Of a stretch of DNA of 8,159 nucleotides, positions 1 to 6,421 are shown piece by piece. Both the position numbers and the translations under genes were made by a program. The notes beneath the pieces were generated by a model, which saw nothing but the letters and a program-made list of their open reading frames with translations, was not told where the DNA came from and made no database searches. The first letter of the stretch is position 1, and each line of letters starts with the position of its first letter. The DNA comes from a virus. Lineage: Duplodnaviria; Heunggongvirae; Uroviricota; Caudoviricetes. Location of the stretch: the IMG/VR virus record IMGVR_UViG_2671180710_000005. One strand, 5' to 3'.

Positions 1-25
1 TCTCCAGGATTCCCGGGGCGATTCA
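1..25 (-). mobile_element. Outermost 25 bp of a probable IS3-family insertion sequence (IS629/IS1203-like end); the IS body would lie left of the window
   Basis: Positions 1-25 (TCTCCAGGATTCCCGGGGCGATTCA) are the exact reverse complement of 8135-8159. On the minus strand it reads 5'-TGAATCGCCCCGGGAATCCTGGAGA, which begins TG and, from memory, differs by one base from the IS629 terminal repeat. Family assignment is unverified. Confidence 0.55.
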
Positions 26-28
26 GTT

Positions 29-385
29 TTAATTGTGCTTTATTCCTTCAAGCGTTGCCTTCATACCAACCAAAGAAATGTTTAGCTCTCCAACTTTCTC
101 AGGGCTATATAATTCAGAATGAAGCCAATATTCTGATTTATCTAAACATCTTTTAGCCAGCTCTCGATCAAAGTCTACGACTTGGGAAGACGCTTCATAC
201 CAAAGCCTATAAAGTTTTTCTTCTTCGTTTGGGTTATTAGGCTCACCACGTTTTAATTTTTCAGTATATAAAATTGTTGAACAAATCGCAGGAGTTAATC
301 CAGTGATTGCCCTCTGCCGCAGATCGGATTTGTTTGTTATCCACCCCAACAGACGATCTCCCATCCATGTGATAATTGTATCCAT
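29..385 (-). CDS. Hypothetical protein, 118 aa, no recognisable family
   Basis: ORF with ATG at 385-383 and TAA at 31-29. Plausible SD (AAGAAGGG) 7 nt upstream of the ATG. The stop lies 3 bp from the IS-like end. No motif recognised. Confidence 0.5.
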   Translation of the reverse strand: MDTIITWMGDRLLGWITNKSDLRQRAITGLTPAICSTILYTEKLKRGEPNNPNEEEKLYRLWYEASSQVVDFDRELAKRCLDKSEYWLHSELYSPEKVGELNISLVGMKATLEGIKHN

Positions 386-846
386 GCTTTAGCCCTTCTT
401 AGTAAATAGTGTGTAGGGCGACTGAAGGACCGAGTTTATGCTTTTTCGCATTGCTTTCAGTTAGTACACCGGTATCGCACCGGAAACAATCCTACGGCAA
501 ATTGGTTGTCTGACCTCTCGGTTTTTCGTGCATTAACCGATACCCACTACAGTCTCGGCGAAAGCTGCACACCCCCAGGGTGTACTGGTAGCACTCGGCA
601 CAGCCTAGCACGCCACTTTCTTCTCACTATCCAGTCTAATTTTATCCCCTAGTCAGACACTCAGATGTAGTGCTCCGCAGCGGCATGCGGGGGAATACAA
701 AAACTCGGACAAAATTGGGCCCTCCTTTTTGAATCACTCGCGGGGATGTAGTTATTAATACATGGAAAAAGATCTGTTTTCAAATCCAACATTATATGGT
801 TTCAATACCACGGGGTGGCTATGTGTTTCTCATTGTTAATTGGAAT

Positions 847-1170
847 CTACTGTAATCGATCCGAACGTAAATGCGGCAAAACTCGACTCCACTTATCATC
901 CTGCCACGGCCGGAATTTTACATGTGCCGTTTCTCTGGCAAGGATTGCCTGTGCCTTATTGAGTATCTGGGGATATTCTTGCTCGATAGAAGTGAAGCGA
1001 CCAGCTTCACGATGCTCCGCAACCTGAAGAAGAGGAGTAACGTTCTGGTAGGTAATTAACATCACATTCCCTGCTCGCCATAACCAGGCGAGTGTGCAAA
1101 GTTCGTTATCAGTGAATTGTTTTGTGATTGGGGATTGTTGAACTGCTAGAACGAGAACGCCAGCATCCAT
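847..1170 (-). CDS. Hypothetical protein, 107 aa, no recognisable family
   Basis: ORF with ATG at 1170-1168, preceded by AGGGA 6 nt upstream. Same strand as the flanking genes. The overlapping plus-strand ORF 815-1027 is Cys-rich and looks spurious. Confidence 0.45.
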   Translation of the reverse strand: MDAGVLVLAVQQSPITKQFTDNELCTLAWLWRAGNVMLITYQNVTPLLQVAEHREAGRFTSIEQEYPQILNKAQAILARETAHVKFRPWQDDKWSRVLPHLRSDRLQ

Positions 1171-1281
1171 TGGCAGTCCCTATAGTAAAACCATAGCTCA
1201 GGACGCTTCGTTCAGGATAGATAATTTTATTGTACTTACCTAACTTTCTTACTATAGCACGGTTGAAAAAGTGATTATTAC

Positions 1282-2808
1282 TCAAAAATAAACCTCACCA
1301 TCAACCATATATTTGAGAGCACTTATCGCCTGCTGGGCGGATATTACTTTCATTAAAGGATAGTGTTTAAAAACAATGCCATTCATAAAATAGATATCAC
1401 AGCTTTTATTATCCGTATTAATTATGATTTTTTCGAATGTTTTATAGGCAAGTGTACGGCATAACTCTCGTCCATTTTTACTGGTTAAGTCAATAGCATA
1501 AAAATCACTGAATGAATTTACACCTTTACTCTTCAAAGTTTTCAATGATACCGAAGCCCTTCTTAATTCCTTATCTAATAGTCTTATTTTCTCTGCTATA
1601 GCGGTAACTTCAGGCGCGACAGACAATGCAACGATTAAATTATTAATTTTCATCTGAAGCTCAATAATTTTTAACTCTAAAGTTTCATTAGCATCTTTCT
1701 TGTTTTCAACTGGTTGAATTTTGCTACAATTAAAAAGCAATTCATTAATGATATTATAATCAACCAAATCTCTTTTTATTGATGGCCTGTCACATCGATG
1801 TAATCTTCTCATCGGACAAACATAATAGCCATGCAAACTTCCAGATACCGCATGAACAATCATGGTATTACCACAAGCCTCACACTTCATAACTGTTCGA
1901 AGTAGATTTATTAGCATAGGATTCTTGCTACTATTGCTAATACCAAAAGGTGCCAACCGAATTTCCTGTACAGCGTAAAACAAATCATCTGATATGACTC
2001 TGGGATAATAGCCAGCGATTTCACTTATCCCTTTCCCTCTTGCACGATATGAAGGTACGCATATACCTATCAGAGCTTTATTCGCTAATAATTTTTCAAT
2101 TACAGAAGGTCCCCATGCACTTTCTTTTCCTGAGAAATTCTTTACAGCATGATCATTTAAATACTTGGCTATTGCATTCAATGAGCGCCTTTCCATCCTG
2201 AGTTTAAAAATTAGCTCAATAGTTTTCACCCTGTCGGGGTCTGGAACAAAAGCCGTTCTTTTGTCATCTAAGGAGAGCCATCTCGGACAAGACGCCGTCA
2301 TAATCGTACCTGATTCCAGTGCATCCTGCCGTTTTTTCTTCCATGATAATTTAACCCGACTTGACTTTATCTCGCTTTCTTCATTTGCCCTTTGTGCTAT
2401 AAGTATGGCTTTTATTAATGAATATGGCTCATTCAAAGAGTCAATATTATAGACTGTATTGTCGCAAAGAGTTATAACATCAATACCGTGATTCAAAATT
2501 AATTTCAGACGTTCAATCGCTTCACCGACTTTTTCTCTTGAAAGTCTGTCCAGACTTTCAACTAACAATGTAGTTCCTGGCAATATATAACCATGCTCTA
2601 TAGCATCTAAAAATTCCGAAAAAGCTCCTGATTGTGCATGCTTTCCTTTGAATGCACTTAATCCTAAATCTTCATATGTTATGGTATCAAGATAATAATC
2701 ACTATTTACCTTTAACCATTCAGCAATAAGTCTTCTCTGTCGGTTTAATGAGTCACCAGACATCTGACCTGGTGATGAAAATCGCATATATGCTATGGCT
2801 TTTTTCAT
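1282..2808 (-). CDS. ybcK: Large serine recombinase (resolvase/invertase catalytic domain plus zinc-ribbon and coiled-coil C-terminal region), 508 aa
   Basis: N-terminal AIAYMRFSSPGQ matches the serine-recombinase catalytic motif (resolvase-like xxGYxRVSTxxQ). The C-terminal part has a cysteine cluster (CEACGN...YYVCP...HRCD) typical of the large-serine-recombinase zinc ribbon. Length and position next to emrE match E. coli DLP12 ybcK as I recall it. AT-rich codon usage. Confidence 0.85.
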   Translation of the reverse strand: MKKAIAYMRFSSPGQMSGDSLNRQRRLIAEWLKVNSDYYLDTITYEDLGLSAFKGKHAQSGAFSEFLDAIEHGYILPGTTLLVESLDRLSREKVGEAIERLKLILNHGIDVITLCDNTVYNIDSLNEPYSLIKAILIAQRANEESEIKSSRVKLSWKKKRQDALESGTIMTASCPRWLSLDDKRTAFVPDPDRVKTIELIFKLRMERRSLNAIAKYLNDHAVKNFSGKESAWGPSVIEKLLANKALIGICVPSYRARGKGISEIAGYYPRVISDDLFYAVQEIRLAPFGISNSSKNPMLINLLRTVMKCEACGNTMIVHAVSGSLHGYYVCPMRRLHRCDRPSIKRDLVDYNIINELLFNCSKIQPVENKKDANETLELKIIELQMKINNLIVALSVAPEVTAIAEKIRLLDKELRRASVSLKTLKSKGVNSFSDFYAIDLTSKNGRELCRTLAYKTFEKIIINTDNKSCDIYFMNGIVFKHYPLMKVISAQQAISALKYMVDGEVYF

Positions 2809-2993
2809 GGTGACACCTGCTAACGTATGCTTTTATAAACCTTAGTGGTGGGATATAATTTTTGTTTAATTTTTATTTAAAAAAACAATTAAGGTCACAT
2901 TATCTTGAATATACAACAATAATCGTATTGCAATTTTCTTACGCCATAATCTTGAAAGCACAAAAGAACACATAAAAAAATAAAGACATTAAC

Positions 2994-3033
2994 AAAAAGC
3001 ATAAAACGAGGCTCATATAAATATAAGAGCCTC
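2994..3033 (-). terminator. Putative intrinsic terminator downstream of emrE
   Basis: 7-bp stem GAGGCTC/GAGCCTC (3008-3014 and 3027-3033) with a 12-nt AT loop. On the minus strand it is followed by a T-rich tract (GTTTTATGCTTTTT), about 30 nt after the emrE stop. Confidence 0.45.
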
Positions 3034-3064
3034 CATATTTTAGTCGTTTAGAAACAAATTATTT

Positions 3065-3397
3065 TTAATGTGGTGTGCTTCGTGACAATAGATTAATAAC
3101 CAACACACCGGCACAAATCAACATCATGCCTATAATGGCTGGCAGGTCCAGCCGTTGGCCGAAAAGTCCCCATGACAGTAAGCTAATCAGGACAATACCG
3201 ACTCCTGACCAGATAGCATAAGCAATCCCTGTAGGAATATAAGCCAGCGTCTGAGCTAATAACCAGAATGATGCACAATAACAAATAATTGTACCAACAG
3301 ATGGCCATAACCGTGTAAAACCTTCTGAAAACTTCATTAAGGTTGTACCAATGACCTCTGCAAGTATTGCACCACCAAGATAAATATAAGGGTTCAT
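3065..3397 (-). CDS. emrE: EmrE, small multidrug resistance (SMR) family efflux transporter, 110 aa
   Basis: Translation MNPYIYLGGAILAEVIGTTLMKFSEGFTRLWPSVGTIICYCASFWLLAQTLAYIPTGIAYAIWSGVGIVLISLLSWG... is near-identical to E. coli EmrE as recalled. The track ORF starts 18 codons earlier; I place the start at the MNPYIY methionine (ATG 3397-3395). Confidence 0.9.
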   Translation of the reverse strand: MNPYIYLGGAILAEVIGTTLMKFSEGFTRLWPSVGTIICYCASFWLLAQTLAYIPTGIAYAIWSGVGIVLISLLSWGLFGQRLDLPAIIGMMLICAGVLVINLLSRSTPH

Positions 3398-3464
3398 AGC
3401 ATATTCTTTCCTGTTCAAACTGGAGAGAATTGTACTACAGTTTGAACTCAACTCACCTGTTTCA

Positions 3465-3767
3465 TCATTGTGTACCCATTGATGTTCTTTTATATACCCT
3501 CAATACCCGTTTCATCGCGGCACTCTGGCGACACTCCTTAAAAATCAGATTCGTGCTCACCTTTCCTTCCCGTTCTTCTCTGGTAGCGAACCGGTAATAC
3601 ACCGTTCGCCAGACCTTACCATCAACGACCAGGATTCCTGCCCGCGCCATTTTAGCCGCAGCCTGATTTATGCTGGTTACGGTTGCGCCTGTTACCGCGG
3701 CAACGTCCTGTGCACAGAAGCTCTTATGCGTCCCCAGGTAATGAATAATTGCCTCTTTGCCCGTCAT
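3465..3767 (-). CDS. ren: Ren-like protein (lambda ren homolog), 100 aa
   Basis: MTGKEAIIHYLGTH..FCA.DVAA.TGATVTSINQAAAKMARAG...GKVWRTVYYRFATREEREGK closely matches lambda Ren as recalled. Its start codon overlaps the P stop (ATGA). Confidence 0.85.
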   Translation of the reverse strand: MTGKEAIIHYLGTHKSFCAQDVAAVTGATVTSINQAAAKMARAGILVVDGKVWRTVYYRFATREEREGKVSTNLIFKECRQSAAMKRVLRVYKRTSMGTQ

Positions 3768-4465
3768 ACACTTGCTCCTTTCAGTCCGAACTTAGCTTTA
3801 ATTTCTGCGATCTTCGCCAGAGCCTGTGCACGATTTAGAGGTCTACCGCCCATAACAGGAAGTTGTTTTACTGGTTCAGGTATCGTCTCACCACGGTTAA
3901 TTCGCGCTGTCATACAGGTCAGTTCATCGGCAGCCTTGCGCCGTAATTCCGCGTCAGTCAGCGCATTGGCCCGCATGTTCTGGTACAAGTTGGTAACCAA
4001 CCAGTAATGCGCGTTCGATTTCCACGGATAAGACTCTGCATCCGGATACAGGCCACGCTTCCGGCAATACTCGTAAACCATATCAACCAGCTCGCTGACG
4101 TTTGGCAGCCCGGCGTTAACAGATGCTTCTTCCCGGCACCAGGCGACAAACTGCCCGGGTGATGGCAGGAATGGTCGATTCTGCCGACGGGCTACGCGCA
4201 TTCCAGCGTTAACCTGTTCCATTGTGGTGATCCCGTTTTCCCGGAAAGCCAGAACCCACTGGCGGCGGATTTCGTTCAGTTCATTCTGGTCACGGTTAGC
4301 CAGGCTCGCCGGGAAAGTTGCCAGTAACTGGCTGAACACACCGTTGATGATCTGCGCTACCTGCTGTACCTGTGGCTTTTCGTCGTACTGTTCCGGCATG
4401 TTGTTGGCGATCCGGCGCATCTGCTCACAGTCAAAGTTAACCATCTGTGCGGCGATGTTTTTCAT
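3764..4465 (-). CDS. P: Lambda-type replication protein P (DnaB helicase loader), 233 aa
   Basis: MKNIAAQMVNFD.EQMRRIANNMPEQYDEKPQVQQVAQIINGVFSQLLATFPASLANRDQNE... is near-identical to lambda P along its length as recalled. Its start overlaps the O stop (ATGA at 4462-4465). Confidence 0.9.
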   Translation of the reverse strand: MKNIAAQMVNFDCEQMRRIANNMPEQYDEKPQVQQVAQIINGVFSQLLATFPASLANRDQNELNEIRRQWVLAFRENGITTMEQVNAGMRVARRQNRPFLPSPGQFVAWCREEASVNAGLPNVSELVDMVYEYCRKRGLYPDAESYPWKSNAHYWLVTNLYQNMRANALTDAELRRKAADELTCMTARINRGETIPEPVKQLPVMGGRPLNRAQALAKIAEIKAKFGLKGASV

Positions 4466-5391
4466 AGCTCCACCCCGTAAATCCAGTCAGTGTTCGTCAG
4501 GTCGAGTTTTGGTTTGCCGGCTGTCACGCCAGCCTGTTGCTTGTTTCGGTTGATTTCGAGCTGGGTCCACTTGTCGCGGAGTTTGGCCGGACTTAGCACG
4601 TTACCGGACCAGAAGTTGTCCTGGCATGCCCAGCGGAACAGCACGCACATGTCGCGGTGGTTACGTCCGTCACGTTCACGCATCAGGCGGATATCGTTAG
4701 CCCACCCTGCAAAATTCGGTTTTCTGGCTGATGGCGCGATGGTCTTCACCATGTCAAACATCCACTCTGCGGCGGTCAGGTCTTCTGCTGTCCCCCACTT
4801 GCTGCCGCTCTGAATTGCAGCATCCGGTTTCACCACAGGAAGATCGTTTTCTGGTTGGTCAGAGGATTCGCCAGAATTCTCGGACGAAAAAGGTTTTATA
4901 TTGTCTTTTGTTAGTTTGTCTTTTGTGTTTACCTGATTCGGGTAAACGCCTTTACCTGATTTGGGTAAACTTTTTTTACCTGATTCAGGTAAATTTACCT
5001 CTTTCAGGTAAACTTTATTTTTCTTACCTGATTCGGGTAATGTTGACCATTCACTGACCACATTATTAATGCCGGTATTCCGCCCGCTCTGAATAAAAAT
5101 CCCACGCTTTACCAGAACACTTTTTGCAGCAGAACACTTGTGCGGCAATATCCCGGTTAATTCGGAAAGTTGCTCGTTGCTAACCCAATCCAGTTTTTTA
5201 TTAAAGCCATATGTTTTGCGCATGACAGCCAGAAAGACCAGAAGCTGGTGCTGTGTTAATCCGGCCAGCATCACAGCTTCCAGCAACTCATTTGCAATGC
5301 GCGTATAACCATCATCGAGATCTGCCACGCGCGGCTCCTTTTGTGCCGCATCCGGCACTGGAAAATTGAATATCTCAGCAGTGTTTGCCAT
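4462..5391 (-). CDS. O: Lambda-type replication initiator O, about 309 aa
   Basis: The C-terminal ~120 aa (EWMFDMVKTIAPSARKPNFAGWANDIRLMRERDGRNHRDMCVLFRWACQDNFWSGNVLSPAKLRDKWTQLEINRNKQQAGVTA.KPKLDLTNTDWIYGV) matches lambda O; the N-terminal domain is O-like but diverged. Start placed at MANTAEIFNF (ATG 5391-5389), which aligns with the lambda O N-terminus and has a GGGAGG SD. The track ORF extends 30 codons further to 5481. Confidence 0.88.
   Translation of the reverse strand: MANTAEIFNFPVPDAAQKEPRVADLDDGYTRIANELLEAVMLAGLTQHQLLVFLAVMRKTYGFNKKLDWVSNEQLSELTGILPHKCSAAKSVLVKRGIFIQSGRNTGINNVVSEWSTLPESGKKNKVYLKEVNLPESGKKSLPKSGKGVYPNQVNTKDKLTKDNIKPFSSENSGESSDQPENDLPVVKPDAAIQSGSKWGTAEDLTAAEWMFDMVKTIAPSARKPNFAGWANDIRLMRERDGRNHRDMCVLFRWACQDNFWSGNVLSPAKLRDKWTQLEINRNKQQAGVTAGKPKLDLTNTDWIYGVEL
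4929..5042. repeat. Origin of replication iterons (ori-lambda type) inside the O gene, with adjacent AT-rich region
   Basis: Five roughly 19-bp palindromic iterons of the form TTACCTGATTCGGGTAAAC start at 4929, 4952, 4976, 4995 and 5024. An AT-rich stretch lies at about 4885-4928, downstream in the O reading direction, as in the lambda ori. Confidence 0.8.
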
Positions 5392-5477
5392 AATTCCTCC
5401 CGCAATGAGTGTGTTACGATTTGCACCTGAAAGTCGGTTCTGTTCCAGCAGACCGGCTTTCGCCATTTCTGAACCTG

Positions 5478-6017
5478 TCATATCGCCCCCAGCATGGTAG
5501 TAACCATCGCCATCAATGGACCAGCCAGATCTGGGTCCACACGAAACATCGACACAATACCTTCACTAATTTCCTTCAGTTTCTGGTGGCGTGGTGCGTT
5601 GAGAATGACAGCCTGTTTTGCCTCACTGAGTTCCTTTTCCATTTCAGCCAACCTAGCCATGAAGCTATCCTGCTCAACCAGGTAACCGCGATATTCCAGC
5701 GGTAGTACCGCCAGAATTGCCGGGGTCAGTTCACGCACGTTATTTCGGTATTTTTCAGAATCGAATTTGTTATCGAGGAAGCGGAACAGCTTCTGGCGTG
5801 CACGGCTGACATCATCAGGGAAATCGATGGTGCCGCCGCCCTGCTCCCGATACTCATTCACAATGAGTGTGGCAACGACATCCTGATTATCTACAGCCGA
5901 CCAGGCGCGGACGGCATCACGGATTTTTTCGTGGCCTGGCACCTGTTTTGTTTGAGAACGATTTATCACCGCAGTCGGGCTAAATCCGCTAGTCTGTTGG
6001 TATGTAAGTGGTTGCAT
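5478..6017 (-). CDS. 179-aa protein in the cII position; possibly YdaT-family (CII functional analogue of Rac/CP-933P-type prophages)
   Basis: Sits between cro and O where lambda has cII, but is about twice the size of lambda CII and unlike it. Segments EYREQGGG and LTPAILAVLPLEYR resemble what I recall of YdaT; this is unverified. Strong SD (AAAGGAG) upstream of ATG 6017-6015. Confidence 0.6.
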   Translation of the reverse strand: MQPLTYQQTSGFSPTAVINRSQTKQVPGHEKIRDAVRAWSAVDNQDVVATLIVNEYREQGGGTIDFPDDVSRARQKLFRFLDNKFDSEKYRNNVRELTPAILAVLPLEYRGYLVEQDSFMARLAEMEKELSEAKQAVILNAPRHQKLKEISEGIVSMFRVDPDLAGPLMAMVTTMLGAI

Positions 6018-6065
6018 AATTGACTCCTTTAGTTTGAATTGACTGTTAAGTTGATTGCTTATTGT

Positions 6066-6074
6066 TAAAGAGCG
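6066..6074 (-). promoter_or_regulatory. boxA-like antitermination motif (CGCTCTTTA, continuing AACAA) in the pR transcript downstream of cro
   Basis: Minus-strand CGCTCTTTAACAATAAGCAATCA matches the boxA consensus CGCTCTT(T)A and resembles rrn boxA (GCTCTTTAACAA). No clear boxB hairpin follows. Confidence 0.35.
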
Positions 6075-6086
6075 TGAAATGGAAAT

Positions 6087-6317
6087 TTAAGCTGCGTTCT
6101 TTTCGGTGTGTGGAAACAACTTCGGAAGATCCGGGCGAATCTGGTATGCCTTCACTACTCCACCAGTAGCCGTAACAATGCTGCCGACATGTTCAGGGGA
6201 TACCTTTGCTTTGTTGTGAAGCCACTTATAGACGGCCTGCTGTGAAACTTCGCAAGCAGCGCCCAGTTTCTTTTGTGAACCAACGATATTGATCGCTGTT
6301 TTGATAGCTGGGTTCAT
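6087..6317 (-). CDS. cro: Cro-like HTH repressor (P22 Cro / YdaS-like), 76 aa
   Basis: A 76-aa protein divergent from cI across the operator region. Its pattern (GSQKKLGAACEVSQQAVYKWL...VTATGG) parallels the P22 Cro HTH. GGAGG SD 5 nt upstream of ATG 6317-6315. Confidence 0.75.
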   Translation of the reverse strand: MNPAIKTAINIVGSQKKLGAACEVSQQAVYKWLHNKAKVSPEHVGSIVTATGGVVKAYQIRPDLPKLFPHTEKNAA

Positions 6318-6330
6318 AACAACCTCCGTG

Positions 6331-6421
6331 GTTAATTTGAATCAAGATTAAAACTATGGTTGTTTTTAGTTAACAACCATTTTCGTTTGATGAAATAAAA
6401 CCTTGGTTGTACATTTGGACT
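6331..6421. promoter_or_regulatory. OR region: operators with divergent pR (toward cro) and pRM (toward cI)
   Basis: 25-bp palindrome ATGGTTGTT-N7-AACAACCAT at 6356-6380 and a further GGTTGT half-site at about 6401-6413. Candidate pR on the minus strand: -35 TTGTTA, -10 TTTAAT. Candidate pRM on the plus strand: -35 TTGATG (6387-6392), -10 TACATT (6410-6415), placing the start near the cI ATG (leaderless, as in lambda). Confidence 0.6.

Noticed and set aside
771-790. tRNA-like T-loop motif (TTCAAATCC)
   Set aside because: The flanking bases cannot form a T-stem or an acceptor stem; no cloverleaf is possible.
386-846. Retron msr/msd or type III toxin-antitoxin RNA
   Set aside because: No reverse transcriptase gene is adjacent, and there are no tandem direct repeats; the region remains unclassified rather than assigned to these classes.
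815-1027. Plus-strand ORF (70 aa) antisense to the 107-aa ORF
   Set aside because: Cys-rich low-complexity translation with no SD, overlapping a more protein-like ORF on the strand used by all neighbouring genes.
1180-1257. 9-bp inverted repeat (CTATAGTAA ... TTACTATAG) between the recombinase and the 107-aa ORF, considered as a recombinase att site
   Set aside because: Repeats of this length with a 60-bp spacer are expected a few times by chance in 8 kb; there is no supporting architecture.
2165-2452. Plus-strand 95-aa ORF inside the serine recombinase gene
   Set aside because: Lies entirely antisense within a well-supported gene; likely an artefact of AT-rich sequence.
4929-5042. Tandem repeats that could be mistaken for a CRISPR array
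   Set aside because: The repeats are about 19-bp palindromes with 0-10 bp spacers inside the O coding sequence, which is the classic ori-lambda iteron arrangement and not a repeat-spacer array.
3726-5705. Several plus-strand ORFs (3726-4007, 4224-4553, 4490-4813, 4731-5057, 5409-5705, 5494-5685) and minus-strand ORF 3958-4149
   Set aside because: All overlap the strongly supported P, O and cII-position genes in other frames or antisense, and their translations are low-complexity (Ser/Arg/Cys-rich).
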